IMG/VR virus record: IMGVR_UViG_3300021961_000044
Location: 1 to 64,000 of that record
DNA length: 64,000 nt
Source: a virus
Reading direction: 5' to 3' (one strand)
This document shows positions 44,991 through 55,005 of the stretch, in pieces; the stretch's first letter is position 1; each line of letters opens with the position of its first letter. The notes beneath the pieces were generated by a model. The model searched no databases and was not told the DNA's origin. It saw only the letters and a program-made list of their open reading frames with translations. The translations under genes were made by a program, and so were the position numbers.

Positions 44991-47204
44991 ATGGCAACTC
45001 CACAATTATCTCCTGGTGTATTAACTAGAGAGGTTGACTTAACAGTAGGAAGAGCTGATAATGTCCTCGATAATATTGGGGCTATTGCCGGACCTTTTCC
45101 CATTGGACCAGTTAATCAACCTATTTTGATCACCAATGAGACAGAACTCATCGATACCTTTGGAAAACCATTAAGTACAGATGGTCAGTACGAGTATTGG
45201 ATGAGCGCAGCTTCATATCTTTCTTATGGTGGAATCATTAAGGTCGTTAGAGCAGGATCCACCGATTCTACTCTTTTAACTAATGCTAACGCTGGAGTAG
45301 GTGCTGCTTACACAACTACCCTCAAGATTGACAATTATGACGACTACACTGCTAATCACCAGGATGTTGATACTGACTACGCTTATGCTGCAAAAACTCC
45401 AGGCTCTAGACTTAACAATCTGAAAGTCTGTGTCATCGACGATCTTGCAGATCAAAGAATCGGCATCAACACAACCAACCTTGCTAATGCAGGTGCTTTG
45501 ATTGGATATGGTGTTACCACAGTTATCAACGCACAAACTCTTCCAGGTGCAGGAACAACACAATCCTTCAGTGGTTATCTGAAAGGTATTATTACAGGTG
45601 TTAGTACAGACAGCACAAACGGAAATAGCACAATCGACGTTAAGATTGTTTCTAGAGTATCTGCTGCTGGTACAGAAACAAATATTACTTATGCTGAGAG
45701 AAACAGAACAGCTTCATTCAGCACTTCAGATGCACTTTACTTTGTAAATAACTCTGGTATTAATACCGGTCTTTCTGGCACTGTTAGCGCATATACACCT
45801 ACAACTGCGGTTGATTGGTATAATGAGCAAACACTTGGTCTTACAAATGCAACAATCTATTGGAAGTCGATTGCTCCAAGACCAACAACTTCCAATTATG
45901 CATCTCAGAGAAACTGCAAAAACGACGCACTTAACGTTGCTGTTGTAGATGATTTGGGAACAATTACGGGAGTACAAGGAACTATCCTTGAAAAGCATGT
46001 TGGACTTTCCAAGGCAGCAGACGCTATTTCTGCAGTAAATTCTCCACAAAAGATTTACTACAGTCAGTATCTTGCAGACTTCTCACCAAATATCTACGCT
46101 GGATATAATCCATCTCAATCAGAAGATACTTATAATGGAACTGCTCCTAGAGCAACTGGTTACTCGGCAGCCTTCACAGCAGTAACAACTGCAAGTGGTC
46201 TTTGGGGACAAAATGCACAAGACGTAACCTTCAGTGCAATTGGTAACGTAACATATACCCTTGGTGGTGGTGTTGATTATTCTGCTACTGGCGGAATGAA
46301 GGCAACACTCGCAGATCAAATTACTGCATATGGTTACTTTGCTAATGAAGATGATGAAGCAGTTGACTTCTTGATCATGGGTCCTGGTTGCGATTCGATT
46401 GGCGAATCTCAAGCAAAAGCAAACTATCTGATTTCACTTGCAAATCAAAGAAAAGACTGTGTTGCTTGTGTTGGACCACATAGAGGAGGAATCGTTGGAC
46501 AAACCAATGCAACCACTCAAACAAATAACCTGATTGAGTACTTCAGCCCACTTCAATCTTCTTCTTATGCTGTATTTGATAGTGGATATAAGTACACTTA
46601 CGATAGATTTAATAACAGATTCCGCTATGTTCCAACTAACGCTGACGTAGCAGGTTTGATGTGCAGAACAGGAATCTTGGCATTCCCATGGTTCTCCCCT
46701 GCAGGTCAACAAAGAGGAATCATCAACAATGCAATTAAACTTGCATACAATCCAAACAAAGCTCAAAGAGATCAACTTTATCCTTTGAGAATCAACCCTG
46801 TTGTTAACAAGCCTGGTGTTGGTGTTCTCTTGTTTGGTGATAAAACCGCTCTTGGTTATGAAAGTGCTTTCGATAGAATTAATGTTCGTCGTCTGTTCCT
46901 TACAATCGAACAAGCACTTCAAACTAGTGCAGAAGCACAATTGTTTGAATTGAATGACGAATTAACAAGAGCTAATTTTGTTAACATTGTCGAACCATAT
47001 CTCCGCGATATTCAAGCGAAGAGAGGAATGTATGATTTCAGAGTCATTTGCGATGGAACAAACAACACTCCTGATGTTATTGATAATAATGAATTCAGAG
47101 CAGACATCTTTATCAAACCAGCGAAATCGATTAACTACGTCACTCTGACCTTCGTTGCAACCAGAACTGGTGTTGCATTTGAAGAAGTCATCGGTCGAGT
47201 TTGA
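44991..47204 (+). CDS. gp18: Tail sheath protein gp18
   Basis: LSPGVLTREVDLT...PWFSPAGQQRG...FGDKT...SAFDRINVRRLF...IFIKPAKSINYVTLTFVATRTG. Confidence 0.98.
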   Translation: MATPQLSPGVLTREVDLTVGRADNVLDNIGAIAGPFPIGPVNQPILITNETELIDTFGKPLSTDGQYEYWMSAASYLSYGGIIKVVRAGSTDSTLLTNANAGVGAAYTTTLKIDNYDDYTANHQDVDTDYAYAAKTPGSRLNNLKVCVIDDLADQRIGINTTNLANAGALIGYGVTTVINAQTLPGAGTTQSFSGYLKGIITGVSTDSTNGNSTIDVKIVSRVSAAGTETNITYAERNRTASFSTSDALYFVNNSGINTGLSGTVSAYTPTTAVDWYNEQTLGLTNATIYWKSIAPRPTTSNYASQRNCKNDALNVAVVDDLGTITGVQGTILEKHVGLSKAADAISAVNSPQKIYYSQYLADFSPNIYAGYNPSQSEDTYNGTAPRATGYSAAFTAVTTASGLWGQNAQDVTFSAIGNVTYTLGGGVDYSATGGMKATLADQITAYGYFANEDDEAVDFLIMGPGCDSIGESQAKANYLISLANQRKDCVACVGPHRGGIVGQTNATTQTNNLIEYFSPLQSSSYAVFDSGYKYTYDRFNNRFRYVPTNADVAGLMCRTGILAFPWFSPAGQQRGIINNAIKLAYNPNKAQRDQLYPLRINPVVNKPGVGVLLFGDKTALGYESAFDRINVRRLFLTIEQALQTSAEAQLFELNDELTRANFVNIVEPYLRDIQAKRGMYDFRVICDGTNNTPDVIDNNEFRADIFIKPAKSINYVTLTFVATRTGVAFEEVIGRV

Positions 47205-47239
47205 TTTTATTATCTAATTAACACTAGGAGGACCCAAAA

Positions 47240-47866
47240 ATGGCTTACACAATCGAAAGTTTCAAAAGTGCTATGAAAGGGGGCGGTGCCCGCCCCAATC
47301 TATTTGAAGTTCAACTTACTTCATTCCCAGGTTCTGGAGCAGAATCTTTTAGTGCAACTAATTTCTCTATGCTTTGCAAGGCAGCTCAACTTCCTGCTTC
47401 AAACATCGCATCCATCGATGTTCCTTTTAGAGGAAGAACATTTAAAGTAGCTGGAGACAGAACTTTTGATCCTTGGACAATCACAATCATCAATGATGAG
47501 GATTTTGTAATTAGAAACGCTATGGAGCGTTGGATGCAAATCATCGGTCAATATGCTGATGGTTCAGGTAAAGTTAATCCTGCAGATTATCAAGTCAATG
47601 CAACAGTAAAACAACTTACCAGAAATTCTTCAACAGAAGGAAAAGGTGTTGCTACTGGTCAGGGACTGAGAGGAATTGCACAGTATAAATTCTACGGAAT
47701 TTTCCCAACTGCAATCTCCGCTATTGATCTGTCATTCGATTCTTCAGACACAATTGAAGAATTTACAGTTGATTTTGCTGTACAATATTGGACACCAGAA
47801 AACGTAACCGCAACCGGTAACAATGGTAGCCAAGCAGCACAAGATCAGGCAAATCTCGGAGCTTGA
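47240..47866 (+). CDS. gp19: Tail tube protein gp19
   Basis: GGGARPNLFEV...LCKAAQLPAS...VPFRGRTFKVAGDRTFDPWTITIIND. Confidence 0.97.
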   Translation: MAYTIESFKSAMKGGGARPNLFEVQLTSFPGSGAESFSATNFSMLCKAAQLPASNIASIDVPFRGRTFKVAGDRTFDPWTITIINDEDFVIRNAMERWMQIIGQYADGSGKVNPADYQVNATVKQLTRNSSTEGKGVATGQGLRGIAQYKFYGIFPTAISAIDLSFDSSDTIEEFTVDFAVQYWTPENVTATGNNGSQAAQDQANLGA

Positions 47867-47925
47867 TAATCTTATATTTGAAATTGCCTAAATAGTCTAA
47901 GATAATTCAAGTTTAACTTATAATT

Positions 47926-49602
47926 ATGTCTAGGCTTTTTGGCTTTTCTATTGAAGATTCAGACGATAAAAAACCCGAACTCACACCGTCACCCGTTCCT
48001 CCTTCTAAGGAGGACGGGTCTGACTTTTATCTGAGTAGCGGGTTTTTTGGATCTTATGTTGATATAGAAGGAGTATATAGATCTGAATTCGATCTAATTA
48101 AAAGGTATAGAGAAATGGCATTGCACCCAGAGGTGGATGGTGCAATTGAAGATATTGTAAATGAAGCGATTGTCTCCGATACAAATGACAGTCCTGTACA
48201 GATTGAGTTGTCAAATTTAAATGCCAGTGACGGCATTAAGAAAAAAATTCGCAACGAGTTTAAATATATTTTAGAGTTATTAGATTTTGATAAAAAAGCA
48301 CACGAAATCTATAGAAACTGGTATATAGATGGTAGAATTTATTATCACAAAATAATTGACGTAAAAAATCCTAGTGAAGGAATTCAAGAACTTAGATATA
48401 TTGACGCATCTAAAATGCGTTATATTCGTCAAGAGAAAAAGAGAAAAGGAGATGAATTAAGACTTTCAAGTAATACAGAAAATCCATTAGATTATAATTT
48501 TCCAGAAATAGAAGAATATTTTATTTACACCCAAAAAGAAACTTATCCTATGGGAACACCTAGACCTGGAGGATATAGTGGAAGTTCAAATGGAATCAAA
48601 ATGACAAAAGATTCCATTTCATATTGCACTTCTGGATTAGTGGATAGAAATAAAGGAACTACCCTTTCCTATCTCCATAAAGCAATTAAATCTCTCAATC
48701 AACTTCGTATGATTGAAGACTCTTTGGTAATTTATAGATTATCAAGAGCACCTGAGCGTAGAATATTTTATATCGATGTTGGCAATTTGCCCAAAGTTAA
48801 GGCAGAACAATATCTTCGTGACGTTATGATGCGTTATCGCAACAAACTTGTTTATGACGCAAACACAGGAGAAATCAGAGATGACAAAAAATACATGTCC
48901 ATGCTTGAGGATTTTTGGCTCCCTAGACGAGAAGGTGGGAGAGGAACTGAAATCTCAACGTTGCCAGGTGGCCAAAACCTTGGAGAAATCACTGATATTG
49001 AATATTTTAAAAAGAAACTCTTCCGTTCGCTTAACGTCCCAACATCGAGAATGGATGGAGAAGGTGGGTTTAACCTTGGAAGATCTTCTGAGATCCTGAG
49101 AGATGAAGTTAAATTCAGTAAGTTTGTTGGACGTTTGAGAAAGAGATTTTCTGGAATGTTTAATGATATGTTGAGAACTCAACTCCTTCTCAAGAATATC
49201 ATTACTCCAGAAGATTGGAACATAATGAGTGAGCATATTCAATATGACTTCCTCTATGATAATCATTTTGCAGAAATGAAAGAAGCGGAGTTGATGAATG
49301 AAAGACTTGCTTTAGTTCAAACTGCAGAACCATATATTGGAAAATATTATTCACAAGATTATGTAAGACGTAAAATTCTCCGTCAAACAGATCAAGAAAT
49401 TATTGAAGAAGATATGATGATCAAAAAAGAAATTAAAGACGGAATAATTCCAGATCCAAGTGTACCTGTAGATCCAGAAACAGGAATGCCAATAGATTCT
49501 GCAGCAGGTATGGATTTAGGAAAACCTGTAATGGAACCCGAACTTAATGCGCCAGAAGTAGATGCATCTGCTATCGAAATGCCAAAAGGCGGCGAAATTT
49601 AA
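47926..49602 (+). CDS. gp20: Portal vertex protein gp20
   Basis: YLHKAIKSLNQLRMIEDSLVIYRLSRAPERRIFYIDVGNLPK...EDFWLPRREGGRGTEI; late promoter CCTAAATA at 47887-47894. Confidence 0.98.
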   Translation: MSRLFGFSIEDSDDKKPELTPSPVPPSKEDGSDFYLSSGFFGSYVDIEGVYRSEFDLIKRYREMALHPEVDGAIEDIVNEAIVSDTNDSPVQIELSNLNASDGIKKKIRNEFKYILELLDFDKKAHEIYRNWYIDGRIYYHKIIDVKNPSEGIQELRYIDASKMRYIRQEKKRKGDELRLSSNTENPLDYNFPEIEEYFIYTQKETYPMGTPRPGGYSGSSNGIKMTKDSISYCTSGLVDRNKGTTLSYLHKAIKSLNQLRMIEDSLVIYRLSRAPERRIFYIDVGNLPKVKAEQYLRDVMMRYRNKLVYDANTGEIRDDKKYMSMLEDFWLPRREGGRGTEISTLPGGQNLGEITDIEYFKKKLFRSLNVPTSRMDGEGGFNLGRSSEILRDEVKFSKFVGRLRKRFSGMFNDMLRTQLLLKNIITPEDWNIMSEHIQYDFLYDNHFAEMKEAELMNERLALVQTAEPYIGKYYSQDYVRRKILRQTDQEIIEEDMMIKKEIKDGIIPDPSVPVDPETGMPIDSAAGMDLGKPVMEPELNAPEVDASAIEMPKGGEI

Positions 49603-49641
49603 GGCAATAAATAAATTATAGTTGTTTATTACAATATTAAC

Positions 49642-49815
49642 ATGGAAGAACTTTTAGATATGATCCAATCTGATGAATCACCTTCCCAAATCAGTGATAA
49701 GATCAAGGATATGCTTTTTGCAAAATCAGCAGAAAGAATCGAAGCTGCACGTCCAGAAGTAGCAAATTCTATGTTTGATGCTGACGAACCCTATGAGGAA
49801 GAAAGCGAAGAATAA
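49642..49815 (+). CDS. Small acidic prohead core protein (gp67-like), 57 aa
   Basis: MEELLDMIQSDESPSQISDKIKDMLFAKSAERIEAARPEVANSMF; lies between gp20 and gp21; late promoter at 49606-49613. Not in the ORF track. Confidence 0.7.
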   Translation: MEELLDMIQSDESPSQISDKIKDMLFAKSAERIEAARPEVANSMFDADEPYEEESEE

Positions 49816-49850
49816 TAAATAACTATTAAAGTGTATTTAATTTTAGAATA

Positions 49851-50399
49851 ATGGCTCATAGACCTGTAGGATTATCAACATCATTGGCAACTAGTGCCAC
49901 TTCTGGGATGACAAGTTCTTTTGTTGTCTCTTCAAATGTCATTAGGGTTGTTGCCGTAACGGCTGGTGCCCATGTAAAAATTGATAGCGCACCTACCGCC
50001 ACTACTAATGATTATTATATTCCTGCAGGAACTTCCGCTACCCTTGCTTTAACAAAAGCATCTAATAGAGTTGTTGGAATTACTACAGGAGCTTCTACCA
50101 CAATTACTTTCCCAGAAGGAACACAGTGTCCATTTGGAGTTGGAGATTTTATTACAATAACAGGTGGATCAAATTCGGCGCTGAATCTCCTCCATGTTGA
50201 AGTAACTAGTGTAGATACCACTTCAAATTTCAATGGAAATTTCCAAACCACATGTACAGTTGCTTATGACTCTAGTGCTGCTGGAGATTTTGCAGGAGCA
50301 GATGTCACAGCAAGCCTCTCAGTGAGATTGGCAGCTAGAACTGATACTGGCACTGGAACTTTACATGCACAACAAGTTCAAATTTCAGGAGTAGCATAA
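49851..50399 (+). CDS. Hypothetical virion protein, 182 aa
   Basis: Ser/Thr/Ala/Gly-rich beta protein; late promoter AATAAATA at 49814-49821. Confidence 0.7.
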   Translation: MAHRPVGLSTSLATSATSGMTSSFVVSSNVIRVVAVTAGAHVKIDSAPTATTNDYYIPAGTSATLALTKASNRVVGITTGASTTITFPEGTQCPFGVGDFITITGGSNSALNLLHVEVTSVDTTSNFNGNFQTTCTVAYDSSAAGDFAGADVTASLSVRLAARTDTGTGTLHAQQVQISGVA

Positions 50400-51049
50400 T
50401 GAAATTAATTAGGGAAGAAATTGAAAACGTAGAAATTATCGTAGAATCAAAAGGCGGTAAAAAGTCTCTTTACATCGAAGGAGTTTTTCTCCAAGGAGAC
50501 ATCAAAAACCGTAATGGTCGTATGTATCCAATGGAGACTCTTCGTCGCGAAGTTTCTCGCTACAATGAAAATCATGTTGTTGCTGGTAGAGCACTTGGAG
50601 AACTCGGTCATCCTGATGGTCCAACCGTCAATTTAGATCGTGTTTCTCATAAGATTGTTTCTCTGAAAGAAAGCGGATCCAACTTTATCGGAAAAGCAAA
50701 AATTCTCGGAACACCAATGGGAAAAATTGCGGCTTCTCTTTTAGATGAAGGCGTAAAACTCGGTGTTTCTTCTAGAGGTATTGGATCTTTAAGAGAAGAC
50801 CGTAATGGTATCAAAGTTGTTGGTGAAGATTTTATGCTAGCTACTGCTGCTGATATCGTTGCCGATCCTTCCGCTCCTGATGCATTCGTATCAGGAATTA
50901 TGGAAGGAAAAGAATGGGTTTGGGAAGGAGGCATTCTTCGTGAAAAGTTTGCTGAGCAAACCAAACGCAGAATTAATACTTTAGTCGATCAAAGAAAACT
51001 TGATGAACATAAGTTAAATTTGTTTGATGACTTCTTAAGAAGTCTCTAA
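50399..51049 (+). CDS. gp21: Prohead core protease gp21
   Basis: LYIEGVFLQGDIKNRNGRMYP...ALGELGHP...LGVSSRGIGS...DIVADPSAPDAF. Confidence 0.97.
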   Translation: MKLIREEIENVEIIVESKGGKKSLYIEGVFLQGDIKNRNGRMYPMETLRREVSRYNENHVVAGRALGELGHPDGPTVNLDRVSHKIVSLKESGSNFIGKAKILGTPMGKIAASLLDEGVKLGVSSRGIGSLREDRNGIKVVGEDFMLATAADIVADPSAPDAFVSGIMEGKEWVWEGGILREKFAEQTKRRINTLVDQRKLDEHKLNLFDDFLRSL

Positions 51050-51067
51050 ACATTAAATATATTAATT

Positions 51068-51075
51068 TATAAATA
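51068..51075 (+). promoter_or_regulatory. Late promoter (perfect consensus) for gp22-gp23
   Basis: TATAAATA followed by a further TAAATA. Confidence 0.8.
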
Positions 51076-51113
51076 AATATAGATTTAATACACAGGTAAA
51101 TCGGAGAGTTCAA

Positions 51114-52217
51114 ATGTCTAGTGACAACAATTTACAAGAAATGGAAGCAGGCACTAAGCAATCCAAAACTGCCGTTAATGCTGGTGCTGCAGCGGCGGAT
51201 TCAATGGATACTTCAGTTGCCGGAAGCTATGAAGATCTCGGTGGTCCTACCCCCGATAACTACAGATCTGACGACGATTCAGCAAAGTTAAAGACCCCTG
51301 GTGGATCTTTAAAGCAAGTTAAGGATGTAGTTAATAAGGGTGCTGGTGCCGCTGAAGCAGCTAAAGGAGTCAAGGAAGAAGAAGATCTTTCTGACGAAGA
51401 AGTAGTTGCTGAAGAAGAAACTACTGAAGAAGAAGTAGTTGCTGAAGAAGAAGTCACTGAAGAAACTACTGAAGAAGAAACTGAAGAAGTCATTTCTGAG
51501 TATGACATCGAAGAAGATGTCAATGCTCTTCTTCAAGGTGAGGAACTCTCCGAAGAATTCCAAGAAAAAGCACGCATGATTTTTGAAGCAGCAATCAACT
51601 CTAAGGTTGCTGTTATCGAACAACAAATCAAAGAAGAATATGCTGCAGCTTTCGCTGAAGCTATCGAAGAAGAGAAGACTGCTCTTGCTGAAAGAGTAGA
51701 TTCTTATCTCGAATATGTTGCTGACGAGTGGATGACCGAAAATACACTCGCAGTTGAAGCAGGTCTTAAGACCGAAATGACTGATTCATTCCTTGTTGGA
51801 ATGAAGCAACTTTTTGAAGAACATTATGTAACCATCCCTGAAGATAAATATGATGTGCTTGAAAGCATGGTAGATAAACTTGATGAAATGGAAACAAAAC
51901 TCAACGAGCAAATTGAGAAAAACGTTTCCCTAAACAAGCGTCTCGCAGAGTCGGTTGCTGAAGGAATCTTAGATCAAGTCTCTGAAGGTCTTGCACAGAC
52001 ACAGAAAGAGAAGCTCGCTTCACTTGCCGAAAGTGTTGAGTTTGAAAGTGAGACTCAATATCGTGAAAAACTGGAGACGCTGAAGGAGTCATATTTTAGC
52101 TCCAAGTCTTCATCTGCTAAGACTGAATCCATTTCTGAAGGAGTAGACGTAACTCCCGAATCTGTTTCGGGTACTATGGCTGCATACCTGAGAACCATGG
52201 GTTCCATTAGCAAATAA
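51114..52217 (+). CDS. gp22: Prohead scaffold gp22
   Basis: Acidic coiled coil; LSEEFQEKARMIFEAA...VDSYLEYVADEWM; synteny. Confidence 0.93.
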   Translation: MSSDNNLQEMEAGTKQSKTAVNAGAAAADSMDTSVAGSYEDLGGPTPDNYRSDDDSAKLKTPGGSLKQVKDVVNKGAGAAEAAKGVKEEEDLSDEEVVAEEETTEEEVVAEEEVTEETTEEETEEVISEYDIEEDVNALLQGEELSEEFQEKARMIFEAAINSKVAVIEQQIKEEYAAAFAEAIEEEKTALAERVDSYLEYVADEWMTENTLAVEAGLKTEMTDSFLVGMKQLFEEHYVTIPEDKYDVLESMVDKLDEMETKLNEQIEKNVSLNKRLAESVAEGILDQVSEGLAQTQKEKLASLAESVEFESETQYREKLETLKESYFSSKSSSAKTESISEGVDVTPESVSGTMAAYLRTMGSISK

Positions 52218-52270
52218 CCCCTGAATTTAATATTAATTCAAACGTAAACATCCACAAAAGGTAAACGCAA

Positions 52271-53692
52271 ATGTTCCAATCCGAGCATCTGCAGGAAAAG
52301 TGGGCACCTCTCCTCAATTATGAGGGTCTTGATCCTATCAAAGATTCGCACAGAAGAGCTGTAACCGCAGTCCTGCTTGAAAACCAAGAAAAATTCCTCC
52401 GTGAACAGTCTGCATTTGAGCAGTCTGGTTCATTCCTTTCCGAAGCTCCAACCAACAGCGCTGGTTCTTCCCCCGCTGGTTTCAGTGGTGGCGCAACTGC
52501 AGCTGGTCCTGTTGCAGGTTTCGACCCAGTTCTGATCTCACTGATCAGACGCTCCATGCCTAACCTGGTCGCTTATGACCTGGCTGGCGTTCAGCCTATG
52601 AGTGGTCCTACTGGACTCATCTTCGCGATGCGTTCACGTTACACCAATCAGTCTGGAACCGAAGCATTCTTCAACGAGCCTGATTCGGCATTCTCCGGAC
52701 GTGACAATGCATCCAACGTTGAGACAGGTCATAGCGACGGTCTCGCTGGTATGGGTACTACCGCTCAGAGCGGCAGCAACCCATCTGTTCTGAACCCTGT
52801 TGGTGCTGCTGCTTCCCTGAGCTACAATGTCGGTCAGGGCATGACTACTGCTGAGGCAGAAGGTCTTGACGGCACTGGCGATGATGCATTCAACCAGATG
52901 GCATTCTCGATCGAGAAAGTCACTGTTACCGCCAAGTCACGCGCACTGAAGGCTGAGTACAGCTTAGAACTGGCTCAAGACCTCAAGGCAATCCACGGTC
53001 TGAACGCTGAAGCGGAACTCGCAAACATTCTCTCCACAGAGATTCTTGCTGAGATCAACCGCGAAGTTATCAGAACTATCTACAAGGTTGCTGAAGTAGG
53101 TGCTGTTCAGAACGTTGCTACCGCTGGTACATTCGACCTCGACGTTGACTCCAATGGTCGTTGGTCTGTTGAGAAGTTCAAGGGTCTCCTGTTCCAAATC
53201 GAGCGCGATGCTAACGCAATTGCACAAAGAACTCGTAGAGGAAAGGGCAACATCATCATGTGCTCTGCTGACGTTGCTTCAGCACTGACCATGGCTGGTG
53301 TTCTCGATTACACCCCTGCACTCAACGCTAACCTGAACGTTGATGACACCGGTAACACCTTCGCTGGTGTTCTCCAAGGTAAGTATCGCGTCTACATCGA
53401 TCCTTATTCGGCAAACCTGACCTCCGCTAACGGAGCACCTGGTAACCAGTACTACGTTGTTGGTTACAAGGGTACTTCCCCTTATGACGCAGGTCTGTTC
53501 TATTGCCCATACGTTCCTCTCCAAATGGTCCGTGCCGTTGGTGAGAACTCCTTCCAGCCTAAGATTGGCTTCAAGACCCGTTACGGTCTGGTCGCTAACC
53601 CATTCGCAGAAGGAACCAACCAGGGTCTCGGTGCTCTGCACGTTAACCAAAACCGTTACTACAGAAGAGTTGCGGTTAAGAACCTCATGTGA
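52271..53692 (+). CDS. gp23: Major capsid protein gp23
   Basis: KWAPLL...LIRRSMPNLVAYDLAGVQPMSGPTGLIFAMR...KSRALKAEYSLELAQDLKAIHGL...DAGLFYCPYVPL...FKTRYG. Confidence 0.99.
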   Translation: MFQSEHLQEKWAPLLNYEGLDPIKDSHRRAVTAVLLENQEKFLREQSAFEQSGSFLSEAPTNSAGSSPAGFSGGATAAGPVAGFDPVLISLIRRSMPNLVAYDLAGVQPMSGPTGLIFAMRSRYTNQSGTEAFFNEPDSAFSGRDNASNVETGHSDGLAGMGTTAQSGSNPSVLNPVGAAASLSYNVGQGMTTAEAEGLDGTGDDAFNQMAFSIEKVTVTAKSRALKAEYSLELAQDLKAIHGLNAEAELANILSTEILAEINREVIRTIYKVAEVGAVQNVATAGTFDLDVDSNGRWSVEKFKGLLFQIERDANAIAQRTRRGKGNIIMCSADVASALTMAGVLDYTPALNANLNVDDTGNTFAGVLQGKYRVYIDPYSANLTSANGAPGNQYYVVGYKGTSPYDAGLFYCPYVPLQMVRAVGENSFQPKIGFKTRYGLVANPFAEGTNQGLGALHVNQNRYYRRVAVKNLM

Positions 53693-53721
53693 TATAATTC
53701 ATATCCGTGTGAAGGAAGTGC

Positions 53722-53750
53722 GAGGAGGTCTTCGGACCTCCTCTTTTTTT
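53722..53750 (+). terminator. Intrinsic terminator after gp23
   Basis: GAGGAGGTC-TTCG-GACCTCCTC plus T7 (cUUCGg tetraloop typical of T4-like terminators); late promoter TCTAAATA follows at 53752-53759. Confidence 0.93.
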
Positions 53751-53777
53751 ATCTAAATACATAAAAAGCTCAAAAAA

Positions 53778-54329
53778 ATGTTGGATTCACAATTAGATAA
53801 TAGAAATTTTTTATCCCCAACAGGGTTTAAATTTACTATTAAGAAAGCACCTGGAGCAACTTTTTTTTGCAACCAAGCAAATATCCCATCCTTAGATTTG
53901 GGAATTGCTGTGCAATCAACTTATTTAAAAGATATAGACGTTCCTGGTGACAAAATTAGATTTGGAGATCTCAATATCCAATTCTTAATAGATGAAAATA
54001 TGACAAATTATATTGAACTTCAAAAATGGATTCGTGGATTAGGATATCCAGAAAAACTTCAACAATTTGAAGAATGGAAACAAGAAGATATAATGTATCA
54101 ACATTTCTCCAAACAGGGAGATGAACCATATTCGGACGGAACTCTTCAAGTTCTAAACAGTAACAATATATCCAATATTGAAATAAGATTTAGAAGAATG
54201 TTTCCATACAGTCTTTCTACATTAAATTTCAATGCCACAGAAACAGATGTGAGCTACTTTACTGCTCAGGCATCTTTCAAGTATACTATATACGATATAC
54301 TCGATATCGAAGGAAACAAATTATTATGA
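53778..54329 (+). CDS. gp3: Tail completion / sheath stabiliser gp3
   Basis: NRNFLSPTGFKF...FFCNQANIP...PGDKIRFGDLNIQFLIDENMTNY...SDGTL. Confidence 0.9.
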   Translation: MLDSQLDNRNFLSPTGFKFTIKKAPGATFFCNQANIPSLDLGIAVQSTYLKDIDVPGDKIRFGDLNIQFLIDENMTNYIELQKWIRGLGYPEKLQQFEEWKQEDIMYQHFSKQGDEPYSDGTLQVLNSNNISNIEIRFRRMFPYSLSTLNFNATETDVSYFTAQASFKYTIYDILDIEGNKLL

Positions 54330-54763
54330 GTTTTGATCTTGATAAAATTCAAGAAATGTGGGAAAAAGATTCTAAAATTGATATGGATAACTTGCATACA
54401 GAATCTACAAATATTCCTGTTTTACATGCAAAATATTTCCAACTCTACAATACCATCTTTCTTTTAAGAAAAAAAGCGGAACAACAAAGAAAAAATATTA
54501 GACATGAACGTTATGAATACTTTTCTGGAAAGGCAGATCCTGATGTTTATGTAGAGAATCCATTTCCAAAAAAGATTCGTGACAAAGATACTATGCAAAA
54601 ATATCTTGATGCCGATGAGAAACTTTCTTCGATTTGTTTAAAAATCGATTACTATGATACTATTCTTGTATATATTGAAAGTATTTTAAAACAAGTTACT
54701 AATCGCACATATCAAATAAAAAATGCAATAGAGTTTATGAGATTTAATTCGGGATTGGGATAA
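54326..54763 (+). CDS. uvsY: Recombination mediator UvsY
   Basis: WEKDSKID...IPVLHAKY...YLDADE...RTYQIKNAIEF; synteny gp3-uvsY-uvsW. Confidence 0.9.
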   Translation: MSFDLDKIQEMWEKDSKIDMDNLHTESTNIPVLHAKYFQLYNTIFLLRKKAEQQRKNIRHERYEYFSGKADPDVYVENPFPKKIRDKDTMQKYLDADEKLSSICLKIDYYDTILVYIESILKQVTNRTYQIKNAIEFMRFNSGLG

Positions 54764-54984
54764 TGGACAACGAAGACTGGATTTATGCTGATGAAGATTT
54801 TGATGCGGATATTCCCTATGTTGAACTTCAATTTGGAATTGAAGATCTAACAATTATTCATGATGCTGTCAAATTTAGTTATGAAAATTACTCTGAAGAT
54901 AATCCTGAAGGAAAACAAAGATTAAATTATCTGAGAGATTTTTTGTATAGGATTATTTTGGAATATAGGTTTAACGTAGACTAA
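54763..54984 (+). CDS. Hypothetical acidic protein, 73 aa
   Basis: ORF track; coupled to the uvsY stop codon. Confidence 0.7.
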   Translation: MDNEDWIYADEDFDADIPYVELQFGIEDLTIIHDAVKFSYENYSEDNPEGKQRLNYLRDFLYRIILEYRFNVD

Positions 54985-55005
54985 TAAATATCTACAGATG
55001 CATAA

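Noticed and set aside
51396-51490. 24-bp direct repeat and GAA-rich tract
   Set aside because: Encodes the acidic low-complexity linker of scaffold gp22; ordinary.
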